From: Mizuhopecten yessoensis
Lineage: Eukaryota
Reading direction: 5' to 3'
NCBI RefSeq assembly: GCF_002113885.1
Contig: NW_018404373.1
Coordinates: forward strand, 122,737 to 186,736
DNA length: 64,000 nt
Part shown: one piece after another, positions 49,816 through 62,548 of the stretch
Layout: every line of letters starts with the position of its first letter
How positions within the stretch are numbered: the first letter of the stretch is position 1
Made by a program: the position numbers and the translations under genes
The notes under the pieces: model-generated
Seen by the model: the letters and a program-made list of their open reading frames with translations, nothing else
Database searches by the model: none
Told to the model about the DNA's origin: nothing

Positions 49816-51512
49816 ATGCACCTTGAGATTGTAAGTAGCGTTGATTAAGATAAACCTTTGTTATTGACAAATGATACAACACACATATGGGAGTACATTA
49901 TATCCTACTCAGCAGTATTACTTTTACGTAGGTGTGCCTTGTCTATTATACAACTATTAGAGTGTATTTTCGCCGACCCCAATACAACTCCTACTGAATG
50001 CTTTACATACCGTCGATACATTATTGATCGGGTAATGATCAGCGATCGATGATTTACCTACAAATCGAAGGCCATAACGTATTGATCTGTGAATACCTGT
50101 AGTGTATACCTTTAATGTTCATTCTATCAACTGCCCTTCAGTAATTGTAACATACCTATTTTACTAAACTATTCCGGGTATGTCAAACTATACTAGTCAC
50201 TGACGTCACACACAAACATAATTCCTTGTCCGACATTTATTCGTATACAATCGTATTTTCTATTGTTGTTTGAACAATTGCTTCTGTCTTGTCATCGTAA
50301 GTAAACAAAGAGCTCTCCAAACGATCTGGAATTCCCAATAGAGTTGTTTTTAAACTAGTAGTCATCGGGAAATAATTTTGCCTTGTTTGGTTTGGCACCG
50401 CGGTAGCTCATTCACACAGCTGAAATCGATATCGATTCGCGATTGGAATAACCAGAAGATATCTCTGGACTTAACCATTCATGAAATCCTATATGATTTT
50501 AATAATATATAAACGTTGACCTTACAAAACTGACCCCCCTCCCCTAAAAACTATCTTTAACAATGAATTTGACATATTGAAAGCAAACTTTCACACGGAA
50601 TAAATAACGATTTTATTTTGCCGTTATTTGTCTTTGTTATTTGAGTTTTTTAAGTCAAAATAAGCTATATGCGTCCCTGTGTGAATGGCGGATACGTGTA
50701 CGCATTTATCTTAATAATACTATTTTAGTTAAACTTCAAATTTGTTTTGGTGCTTTATCATTTGTCAGCCAAACATAACACCACTTGGAGCTAAAACGAA
50801 CTGAAACGTGCAACCATGGGATGTTTTTATCAAGAATACTGACAGTTCGTACCCAGCTATCATCTTGATATCCGACACTGCGTTTAGGTCGCATTTATAG
50901 ACATACAAGTACACAAGCAGTCTAAATGTAAGTATTTCTGATGGCAGAGAAACATTGACCTTTCGACCCTGTACAAATGACTCGATCCCTAACGGTACGC
51001 CTTCTTACCCAGACTTAATCACCAATTTATTATAGCATTGTGGTGACAAACACGCCTTGTTACAACGTTAAAGCTACAACAAATGTGTTACACAATTAAG
51101 TTGGTAATGTCCACCCGACATACAAATATATACCGGACTGTTCCACTACGTCACATAGTCCAATGTCAATTACATGATCATTTAAATAAATACCTGTCCA
51201 CCCTCACACCTTTATAGAGCCGACGGATGACCTCTACCTGGCTAGTTTACAGGTATGTTCAGGTATTATACCCCAGAGGAAGTAGATAATTGTAATAATG
51301 GACACTTAACCCACTTAACAATCAAATTCGTTCTTGATGTTTGGATTCTCGCTATAAGATTGTTTTTACATTACAGCGGGAAGGAGGGTTAAGTAGGTCA
51401 TTTCGACTTTGTCCCTTAATAAGGCAATCTCCTTAACACCCAACACAAATAACAAATCTTGTCAACGACGACGAACCAGATCAACGAGAAGCAACTCATC
51501 CTCAATACTCCT

Positions 51513-51779
51513 GGGCCCGTATTCATGGAACATTTCTCATGCTCAAGCACATATTCTGAACTCAAACAAACTTTCTTATAACTCGATTTAATCATGTTAA
51601 ACGATCAAAAAGTCAAATGAAAATACTAAAAACAGTATTCGGCCTTAAGTCTCTTAATTGTTTTTTGAAAACATTGAAAAAAATAAGATTTTTGTATCAA
51701 TTTGTAACCAGAACAAGATATTAGGCTAGAGCATAAAACCCGTGCTTGAGCATGATAATGGTGTCATGAATACGAGCCC
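51513..51779. mobile_element. MITE of the same family as 43963-44237
   Basis: GGGCCCGTATTCATG ... CATGAATACGAGCCC; similar interior. Confidence 0.85.
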
Positions 51780-51953
51780 GGGGTTACGCTCACTTACGCT
51801 CTCTTCTGCGGAAAGCGTAAGTTAGTGTAACCTATATGAGATATTTCTGCGGAGAGCGTAAGTGAGTGAAGCCTATGAGATATTTCTGTGGAGAGCGTAA
51901 GTGAGTGTAACCTATGAGATATTTCTACGGAGAGCGTAAGCAAGTGTAGCCCC
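51780..51953. mobile_element. Small TIR element with a tandemly amplified right TIR
   Basis: GGGGTTACGCTCACTTACGCTCTC ... GAGAGCGTAAGCAAGTGTAGCCCC; four ~40-bp units each carry the right TIR. Confidence 0.7.
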
Positions 51954-52265
51954 TGGTATATTGAGGATGGAAGCGATCATATAAACATATTTTTAATGAC
52001 ACAGTTTTTATGCTTTGTAGTTATAGTAACTGATGCATCTTCTAAACAATTTGTTCTCGTTAACAATATTTTACTGTGTTCTAGTCATATTCCTCTTTAA
52101 AAATCACAGGTTTAATCGGCACAACTCAGACAGGACAATTTGTAGAAAGTCATGAAAACTATGAAATGCGTTTCCAATATTATTATTTCTCGATGACAGA
52201 TTTTAATTAACGTTTCACTATTAGAGGCTCTATTTAGGGAACAACAAGATACAGTTCAGATTGGT

Positions 52266-53555
52266 TGCAACCCTGTACACAACAGTACAACACGAACTTA
52301 AAGGCCTTACTGGGACAGTGACACTGCTGTCAGTGCGGAACGTTACAACCCTGTACATAACAGTACAACACAAACTTAAAGGCCTTGCTGAGACCCTGCT
52401 GTTAGTGTGGAACGTTACAACCCTGTACATATCAGTACAACACCAACGTAAAGGCCTTGCTGAGACACCGCTGTTAGTGTGGCACGTTACAACCCTGTAC
52501 ATAACAGTACACCACAAACGTAACGGCCTTGCTGAGACCCTGCTGTTGGTGTGGAACGTTACAACCCTGTACATAACAGTACACCACCAACGTAAAGGCC
52601 TTGCTGAGACAGTAACACTACTGTTAGTGTGGAACGTTACAACCCTGTACATAACAGTACAACACCAACGTAAAGGCCTTGCTGAGACACTGCTGTTAGT
52701 GTGGCACGTTACAACCCTGTACATAACAGTACAACACAAACGTAACGGCCTTGCTGAGACACCGCTGTTAGTGTGGAACGTTACAACCCTGTACATAACA
52801 GTACAGCACCAACGTAAAGGCCTTGCTGAGACAGTAACACTGCTGTTAGTGTGGAACGTTACAACCCTGTACATAACAGAACAACACAAACTTAAAGGCC
52901 TTGCTGAGACCGTAACACTGCTGTTGGTAAGGAACGTTACACCCCTGTACATAACAGTACAACACAAACTTAAAGGCCTTGCTGAGACCGTAACACTGCT
53001 GTTGGTAAGGAACGTTACAACCCTGTACATAACAGTACAACACAAACTTAAAGGCCTTGCTGAGACACCGCTGTTAGTGTGGAACGTTACAACCCTGTAC
53101 ATAACAGTACAACACCAACGTAAAGGCCTTGCTGAGACACTGCTGTTAGTGTGGCACGTTACAACCCTGTACATAACAGTACAACACAAACTTAAAGGCC
53201 TTGCTGGGACCGTAACACTGCTGTTAGTGTGGAACGTTACAGCCCTGTACATAACAGTACAACACAAACGTAACGGCCTTGCTGAGACCGTAACACTGCT
53301 GTTATTGTGGAACGTTACAACCCTGTACATAACAGTACAACACCAACGTAAAGGCCTTGCTGGGACAGTGACACTGCTGTTAGTGTGGAACGTTACAACC
53401 CTGTACATAACAGTACAACACAAATGTAACGGCCTTGCTGAGACCGTAACACTGCTGTTATTGTGGAACGTTACAACACTGTACATAACAGTACAACACA
53501 AACGTAACAGCCTTGCTGAGACCGTAACACTGCTGTTAGTGTGGAACGTTACAAC
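52266..53555. repeat. Minisatellite, 69/75-bp unit, ~18 copies
   Basis: GTTACAACCCTGTACATAACAGTACAACACAAACTTAAAGGCCTTGCTGAGAC(AGTAAC)ACTGCTGTTAGTGTGGAAC. Confidence 0.97.
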
Positions 53556-54279
53556 GTTATGACGAAGAAAACTATATATGGTGTTGACAACGGACAATAA
53601 CCACAGTACCAATCCTGGGACAACTCCCACTTTGTCTACGCTTACAACACATCTAGACAAGGTTTCAAACTTCAACTAGCAAAAAAATACAAACACAAAA
53701 AAATTGTTACAACCGTCGTAGTGTTAGCTAGCTAGGTGCACGGATACATTACAGATGTCGGTAACATGAGCGTACCTTCTATATTAGTGAAAATTCAATA
53801 AACCAAACTTGATGTGTTATCCACCGGCAATTGCCTAAAATATCTATACTAACACTAGGCTTATTTTCATATTTAGTAAGGGATCCCAGACTTATTTTCA
53901 AGGCAGTCACATTTTCAAGTCCTTCCTTTTTCGCTGGGATATTATGATATGCAGGTTTTATCGAAATTAAATTTTTTTTTTTTTTTGTCTTTAATCAAAT
54001 TGTTGCAATAATAAATAATGTAATGAGATAGTTAACTGTAAATACTGTTTAGGCCGAAAGAGAAAATGCAGATCCTGTCTTCATTCCATGGTGTGCTTTC
54101 AAGACTTTCAGTGACGGCTTATTATCAAAATATGTTTGACTGTAAGGCTGATTTCTATTTTCAAATCAGGTTTATTGTCGAGATAATAGGGTAATGGTCG
54201 GATACGTAACTGTGTCTCTCTACCATCAGTATCTTTTCATTGCGTTCCCTTGATATTTCTGGCTAGCCTTTTACCAGAT

Positions 54280-54449
54280 ATAAAAAGTGAACCGGAAGTG
54301 ATGTCGTGTTCTATGTCCTCTGTGTGATGTGCGTGAGATGTGTGACAGTTCAGTGAGGCAGCACTATAAAGCAACTCCCATATCCGTTACAGCATTCGTT
54401 ACGGTAGTGAAGCGGACGTAAAACCTATCAATCAATAAATCAATCAATC
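54280..54449 (+). mobile_element. Decayed Meta-type SINE, 3' half
   Basis: TTCAGTGAGGCAGCACTATAAA core; GGACGTAAAAC followed by a (TCAA)n tail. Confidence 0.6.
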
Positions 54450-54537
54450 GCCACAGCATAAGTAGACTGTCTGGCCTTATGCGGCGAGGTGAAGATGTTA
54501 AACACTAACACAATTCCGGTACACGTCGTTTTCGAAA

Positions 54538-54541
<4 letters not shown>

Positions 54542-54600
<59 letters not shown>
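54542..54600. repeat. (TC)n microsatellite
   Basis: Read directly. Confidence 0.98.
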
Positions 54601-54602
<2 letters not shown>

Positions 54603-57600
54603 CCAGTCACTTTAATCTGACAGCGGACGAACAGGAGGTGTCTAGGGAGGTACAGCAGAAATAAATGAGTAGTTAGGGGAGATAAGAAATCATACAGGTC
54701 TTTGGTTGGCAATGGGGGCTGTAGATCAGTTTTGACGCGGAAGAAAAATCCCAATTTTGCATGATGTCTCATTTTATAGTCTCATACAAACACACACGCA
54801 GAGGACGAAACAGGTCTGATTGGCATCGAATTGACAGGTTATTAAATGAATCTGTGGTACTGTATTCATGACTCTTTAAACTGAAAAAGAATTATTTAAT
54901 GAAGCATGGTGATCTGTGTAAGCAGGCCAGACTGGAATTGTTCAATTTCATGTACATGCGTGCAATTCCTTTATGTAAACTCCTCAGTACTTTGTGCAAC
55001 AGAAAAATAGCAAAACTGACATCTACGGTGGTGTTACCAATCTTCAAGCAATGAGACAACCAAGTCTAATGGTCCCAAACATTCGACGACCATTTTATCG
55101 GCTATATGGTTAACTGTACGAACCACTCATTGTAAAACATACCCCAACTAGTACTATATGATAACCATTGAAGAAAAGTATATCTCTGTACTTATCGATA
55201 TTTTAACTCAACTAAATTTAAGAGTATCAGAGATATTCTGAAGTAAAATTATCTGGTCTACTCAAAATAACAACAGAAGCCGATTTTGACTTAATCAATC
55301 TCATTTGCCACGGAAGAGTTTACCAGAGTAAATCAATTTCCCGCACCATTTGACTACCTGTGTATGTTATTGCAGAACGCCAATGGGGTTAGTATATCGT
55401 TGAATATAGCATATATTTTTTGGTTCCCTATCGCTCGTGTACATAGGAAGTGTCAGTAGTTTTATATACATTCTGATATACAGGGGTTAATACTGGACAG
55501 CTAAGGTAGGGACAAAGATCCCTTACCTTTCAGTAATCACCGTTAATGAGCATAAAAACGCCAGTGTCATAACAACGAATTACATTACTCCGTCATGTAC
55601 AGCCATATAACGCGCGATAATGTACCGTAGACTTGAAGTGATAATTAGAAAGTTGGGTAATATACCTGTCAAACAAAACAATGTAAGGAACATGAAACAT
55701 CAGCGCTGATTAAATACATTTACTGACAGAATCGTATAGATATCCATAAAAAGTTGGGAGAAACACAGCCCAATGTTTCGTGACGTTTATTGTCTACCTG
55801 AGACAGATGACTTTCTTTTGTAAAGCATGTTTCAATCTACAGAGGATTTTGTTTAAGATGAATACCTGTACTGCTAGATAAATTATCTTTCTGTACGCTC
55901 CACTGCCAGAACTTTCTGACGCGGTGCAATGAATTAATGTCTTTTGTTGTGGTGAGACTGTTGTTATTGCATCGCTGAATGCTAGTATTACGTGCAGAAA
56001 TATATTTCAATTTCTACTTAAATAAGACTCATTGAAACTGCCAACCGTTGTTTGTTTCAGTAACCCAGGAAATTGACCAGACTAACAAACATTGCCTGTG
56101 CACATCAATTAGTGTGTTATCTAACAACACACTGTCGGTAATTATCCGCCACAACAATAGAAAGTGTTTGGTGTTTTCACTGAAATAAGCAATGCTGCCA
56201 ATTAAATATTCATACTATGCGTTGTGCAATGAAAATATTTGCATTAAGAATGTTGACCTATATTACACGTCTCTGCAATGACGGAAACCCTACATTTTAA
56301 CATGAAAATTACGCGTTGACTTGTACAAGATTCATGCAGTATATTGTGTGCTTAATTGGGAGTATATTCATACAAAATTTGAAATATAACGACTGGATAT
56401 TGCTTTGGTCACTATCATAGATTGATAATGAATTAAGTTGGTATTGGGCCATTCAACATCGACGTTCATTGAATGTGGCGCAAAACCTACCGTCATTTCA
56501 TCACTTCATGAAATCTACAAAAGAAAGATTCAATCCTCAATAATTTATTGCAATTTAGATAATTTCTGAATGTGTGTTTGTCTGATGCATTGAACCACAA
56601 ATGGTTGCCGAATTCACTTGTAGTGCAACGCCGTTGATCAACGTAAATACAATTATCGAGCGACAATTTAATTGAATACTTTTTGTTTGACTAAACAAGG
56701 TGTCCCTATACATTGTATACTTAATTGGTTTGTTTCATCAGAGACGTATAATACGTCTATGGTTTCATCATTCATTAGCGCACAGAAATATAATACATAC
56801 TTTTGTCATTTCTAATTTCGATGAATACTCTTTTTGTGTTAGCTTTGAAAGGATTTGTTTAAAACATTTCAAGTGACATTAAATTGTCAATAGTCAATTT
56901 AAACTTAAACAAAATACTGGGTCACACAGGTACACGTAAATACCTGTATTAGATAGCACGAGAATGCTGTCCCTATCATCAAATCTTATTCGTAAGCTAC
57001 TAATTAGATGGAGGTGTACGTATCGGGTTTTAACGATAGACGGGTCGTGCGCCCGCGTTGTTAAGTACCGGTCCGGACACAAGTGGGGCGTGTCCGATAC
57101 CATCAGGAGAACAATCAGATCTAGATATAGTATATCGGCTAGCTAGTTGTACCCTACATAAAGAATTCGGTGTCCGGGCAGGACATTGTCCGCGACGCTG
57201 TCCTATGCTATACAGAGTTATGTGATACTGTATCAGGGGCGTTTATTAGGTCCCTGGTGATAAATCTGTGTCGACCTTTACATATATATTTCATTAGACG
57301 ATGTCAAAACGCTTTATATATTATTGGTCCAAAGTATCATATGGAAATAAAGAATATCTTGATACGAAAAAAATAATAACAATATGGTTAGTTTAGTTGA
57401 TCAAACTGGGTGAACTTTAATAATAAAACCATTATCATCTGGATCTTATCATACGGTATTTAAATACACAGGCTATGTCTCAGATATAAAATAATGAAAC
57501 CTAATGCGATATCAAACCATGCACGCGGTATTTCAATTAAATTCGGTGTAATGGGCCAAACAGTGTTGTGATGATTTAGCAAAATTCGGTTATTTGAAAC

Positions 57601-58240
57601 TGATGTTTCCATACAATCATATTAAATAATAGGACCTAGTTAGTCTAACAAAAGTATTTGCACTTAAAAAAACCAGAACTCAGAATGTAAATAAGCCTGA
57701 AATATCACTAACTGTAAAACCATCGCCTTCAGCTTTTCATGGCGTTCTTTCACGATGAAAACCGTTTTTCCGCTTCCGTGGCGACTTTACGCCATTTCGC
57801 TTTCGCTTTTCAACGTAAAAAGACTAACAAATTGAAAAAAAAATCAAAATAAAACTAATTGGATCCCATAGTTCTTCTGTTAAACTGAAAATACATATCA
57901 TTATGTAGTTACTGGCCTTTTTCTGATTCTAAACATCCTCACTGTCGCTTTTTTACGCTAGCACCCTACTGAGACTATTTCAGTTCAGGAAAAACAAGGA
58001 CCATATAACCTCACACTTGTGAGATATACATGTCTTTGTAAAGAAGGGTATATATGTCATTACATGCCATCATTAGTGTCATTATAAGGAAATGTACTAG
58101 TTATTATCATTGTAAGAAATCGGTTTTATATTGGAAATCTACATTATCGTTGTTGCCATTATAAGGAAATGAACAATTTATTTTCATTGTAAGAAATCGG
58201 TTTTATATTGGAAATCGACATATCATTATAGTCAGTAAAA

Positions 58241-58530
58241 GGTTCGTTCGTATAGAGTTTAACGCCATCATAAGAGCTAATGTCATATGAGGACGGGTGT
58301 CTGGGGAGACACTGCCAACACGGAAGGCGTATACGCGTACATGTAGGGCTGTGAGAAAAGTAAATATATAGATTCCAATTTTTGCAATAAGCACAGGATA
58401 TCAATTTCGGTTTCTTCAGTCCTCTTAGCAGAAAACGCTGAAGAAAATCCCCGATTCTGCAGATGGGAAGATAATTCGCCTCGATGTTGTAGGCGAGCAG
58501 GCTTAAACTTTCCCCGAACCTGCACGGGGA
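58241..58530 (-). mobile_element. Related SINE-like retroposon with structured 5' leader and diverged shared tail
   Basis: On the + strand GTTTAACGCCATCATAAGAGCTAATGTCATATGAGGACGG resembles GTTTAACGTCCTATCAACAGCTATGGTCATTTAAGGACG; its 5' end resembles the 42203 and 37042 ends. Confidence 0.55.
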
Positions 58531-60359
58531 TCATTATAAGGAAATACACATGTCACTGTAAAGAAATAAACATGTCAATTGATTCCTTGTAAATTACAAG
58601 TTATTATAGGGTATGTTTGAGGTGTCTGTATTTATCAACGACCTTTAGCAGAGTTCCAAAACAACAGACAATGAGCATTGCTATTACCTCCGCCCACAGC
58701 ATGACGCTATTATAATTACTAACAACAATACCAAGAATACGATTATCTCGGTGAGCACGTGGGAGGCGATACTAAACCATACATTGGTCTTCGATGACCA
58801 GTTGTACTGTTAACGTCTGACCATTTCAAACAAACTTGTAAACATGTCTTCCTGTTTTATTTAACGCCTTTTTTTAATTCGTCCATTACTGAGAAGACGA
58901 TACATCAGGATCGAACGTTTACGCAACAAACACATTTACGAAAGAATAACTTAATATGAAACTTCTACATACTGTAAAATAAAATCAAGCTAACAAGGCT
59001 CCGTGTGTACTTGTTGGTCAGGACCTAAAAACAAATTAGGACAAAATTTCAAAAACGTTTTTCTTTTGATTTTTAAATGTCCTAGTCTTTTTTTGTGTGT
59101 TTCTTGCTTAAAAAGAGACCATTTGAAATCCTACATATGTCTTTGGCTGCGCATGAAAACTATTAAAGTACTCTCAAAGTAAATATTGCGTTAAAGGATT
59201 GGTAAGCTGACAACACTTTACCCGACTGTGTATTGCTGTTAAACAATAAACACGTATTGTTTTCTTCTCCTTACGCGACCGTTAGAAGTGTTGATTCACC
59301 TTAAGTACGTCTTACACCAATGAAATGACGAGTGACATTATCCTCAGAAAAACACTGTGTACCGCTAAAGTAGGAGTTCCCGAGTCTTAACGAGTCGGGA
59401 GATTTTTTTATACAGTAAACACATAATAGTTCTCTCAGGATTATATATGTAAAAAATTAATTAAAACGTTCCCTTTGGCGTGATTTTCATATCAATCAAA
59501 TGACCCAAATCTAGCATGAAAATCACAAAAGAAGATTTAAAAGAAAGAGCTTAAAAAGTGCCGTTAAGTAGTGAAGTCAGATTTTTACCAAGATCAACCA
59601 ACTATAAAAGTTAACCTTTATGTTTATTTTTCAAATTGTGTCTGCTGACGAATGATTGGATGGGTAACAAACCTATAGACTTTACCTGAGGTTATATATT
59701 AAATGTTACGCAGTAACACGGAACGATTCGTTTGTAAATAAAGCTGATTACATCTCATTTCTCTCCATGTTGTTAAGTATGTCCCGTGAACTTTTCTCTC
59801 CATATTGTTAGTATGTCCCGTGAACTTTACCGGTTACTGCCCAAAGCTATACTTGTAATGTAAAATAATATTAGCATCACACGGTTACTGAAGTCTATAA
59901 GTGTATGTAGTCCATTAGTGACGATGGTACATTTTGTATACAAGCTGGGTTGTTCGAGTTACTTCTGTCCTCGCCAGGTTAGTGCGAGACTTAACTTGTC
60001 AGATTTCGTACTTACACTATATTTAATGAATACTTTCATTCGGGTTTTCAACTCGTGTATATTTTAATTACGTCTTGGCACTACATTACTTAACCTGTTA
60101 TTCAATAATATATAACCTGATGATTCTTCCAGAAACGAGTGCCCTTCCTTGTATAAAAACTCCTTAACATTGCACCAATGTCTGTAAACTACATTCTTAC
60201 ACATCTGATGGTAAGACACACGGCTCTAGTCCGACCACACAAACATCGGCTTGTTTACATTTCATAATCGTTACTTATTCAGAGAAACATGATAGATTAC
60301 TCATCTGGTATTAACTTGTTTACTTCAAGACCCAATGATGACTTATGCTGTCAAGAACC

Positions 60360-60690
60360 GATATACTGACTAGATACGAGTGGTACGCTTTGATATCCTG
60401 TCTAGAAATGGTTGTAATATGTCTAGATATGATATACTGTCCACATATATACTGTCTAGATATGTTGTACTGTCCATATATGATTATATACTGCCTATAA
60501 TTTATACATATTTATACACATTGTCTAGATATGATAGTATACTGCCTATAAATTATACTTTGTCTAGACATGATGATATACTACCTAGATATGATATACT
60601 ACCTAGATATGATATACTACCTAGATATGATATACTACCTAGATATAATGTACGGTCTTTATATAATATACTGTATAAATATGATTTACT
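60360..60690. repeat. Degenerate 18-bp tandem repeat
   Basis: TATGATATACTACCTAGA. Confidence 0.85.
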
Positions 60691-61194
60691 GTATCTTTGC
60701 TAACCTGTAACGAACACGATCTAGAACCCTAGATTACGATGAAATAAACTTCAAACATTCACTGTAATGACGAAAATATTTCAAAGTGATAATGAAAACC
60801 CTTTTACTGTCATTTTCACATTGAGCGATTTGTTACAAATATACATTACAATAATACGAAGAGCCCCATTCAAACATTTCCTAACTTGCACTATACGTGT
60901 ACATGGTGCTTTTGTTCGACTGTAAATCATCGAAATTATGTACTTGACAAGTGTGTTCTGATAACGATAAATTCTGTCCGAGTTAAGGAATCGATGCCCT
61001 TTATGATTAGAATCGCTGTTTTAATTGAATTGGTCATTCTCGATAAAAGGAGGTCAAAGTACAATAAAGTCCACGAATACTATAGTTGCATGATTGCTCC
61101 GATCCCACTACCCCTTTGTACGACCTAACAAGCACAGGGCATTGACCACCTCGTCAACGGCAGTAATACAATAGGTGGATAACGGTACAGATCA

Positions 61195-62055
61195 TGCATC
61201 GACATACAGGTCATATCTCGATATACACCAACATACAGGTCATACCTCGATATACACCGACAAACAGGTCATACCAGGACATACACCAACAAAAGGCCAT
61301 ACCTCAACATGCATTGACATATCATACCCCGACAAACAGATCATGCCTCGACATACACCGACATACATCGACATACAGAACATACTTCGACATACACCGA
61401 CAACCACCTCATAACTCGACATACACTAGCATAAGGTCATACCTCAAACTTTATTGACATATCATACCTGGACAAATATATCATTCCTCGACAAACAGGT
61501 CATACATCGACATACACCGATATACAGGTCATACATCGACATACACCAACATAAGGTCATAGTTCGACAAACAGATAATACTTCGACATACATCGATACA
61601 CAGATCATACATAGAAATACACCCCAATACAGGTCATACCTTGACATAAACAGACATACAGGTCATACTCGACATACACCAACATATACAGGTCATACTT
61701 CGACATACATCGATACACAGATCATACATAGAAATACACCCCAATACAGGTCATTCCTTGACATAAACAGACATAAAGGTCATACTCGACATACACCACC
61801 ATATACAGGTCATACTTCGACATACACCAACATATACAGGTCATCCTTCGACATACACCAACATATACAGGTCATACCTTGATATAAACCGACATACATG
61901 TCATATATCGACATACACCTATATTAGTTCATACCTTGACATATATGTACAACGACATATAGTTCATACATCGAAATATAGGTCAAAACTCGAAATACAA
62001 CGACATATAAGTCATACTCCTACATACACCGACATACAAGTCATACACCGACATA
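61195..62055. repeat. Degenerate tandem repeat of CGACATACAC/ACAGGTCATAC modules
   Basis: Modules of about 20-30 bp, with a ~120-bp internal duplication. Confidence 0.85.
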
Positions 62056-62548
62056 ATGTATGATCATAGAAAGTGGGTGAGCCTGGCAGAAGCTGTACTG
62101 TCCACTTCAAAGTATCTCTCTATGAAGATTAAAATAAGATAACAATGCCTCCATGAAAATGTTAAAAAGCGTAGTAAAATATTTCTTCTATGTTGCATTG
62201 TTTATTACTCTCAAAGTACATGTGTTTGTATTGTATAAAAATATAGGTTTACCCACTGCACTGAATACCTACATAATACCAAGCCTATTTAACAAGGTCT
62301 ATGGAAAGGAAAAGTATATGACCGTGTAATTACAGCTACACAAAGACGATATCTAATTAATTGAATTTCTAAATAGTTTAAAGATAAGAAATTTCACTTA
62401 AGAAGTATAAGGATAGGTGCATCAATGGTCGCGTGTTCATTGCTTCGGGGTGGATGTACCCAACAACTTAAATGCGCCACGGAGCAGCGAGACACCAACT
62501 CTATGATACCATTACAACGACATTTAAAACATCGAGGCTCCTGTTATG

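Noticed and set aside
2855-53555. Recurring ~75-bp period in four arrays (possible half-nucleosome spacing)
   Set aside because: Too few arrays, and the other periods range widely from 18 to 56 bp.
52230-53675. 481-aa and 433-aa ORFs on opposite strands
   Set aside because: Both lie within a 69/75-bp minisatellite whose unit lengths are multiples of 3 and lack stops. They start at non-ATG codons and show no recognisable domain. The acceptor-like tract at ~53676-53704 (minus) is not enough to call an exon.
58410-58592. Cys-rich reading frame after an acceptor-like site on the + strand
   Set aside because: It overlaps the antisense strand of a SINE-like element and has no recognisable domain or partner exon.
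60113-60145. Second hammerhead-like CTGATGA...GAAAC motif
   Set aside because: Stem II is about 1 bp, the cleavage-site base is G, and stem I does not pair.
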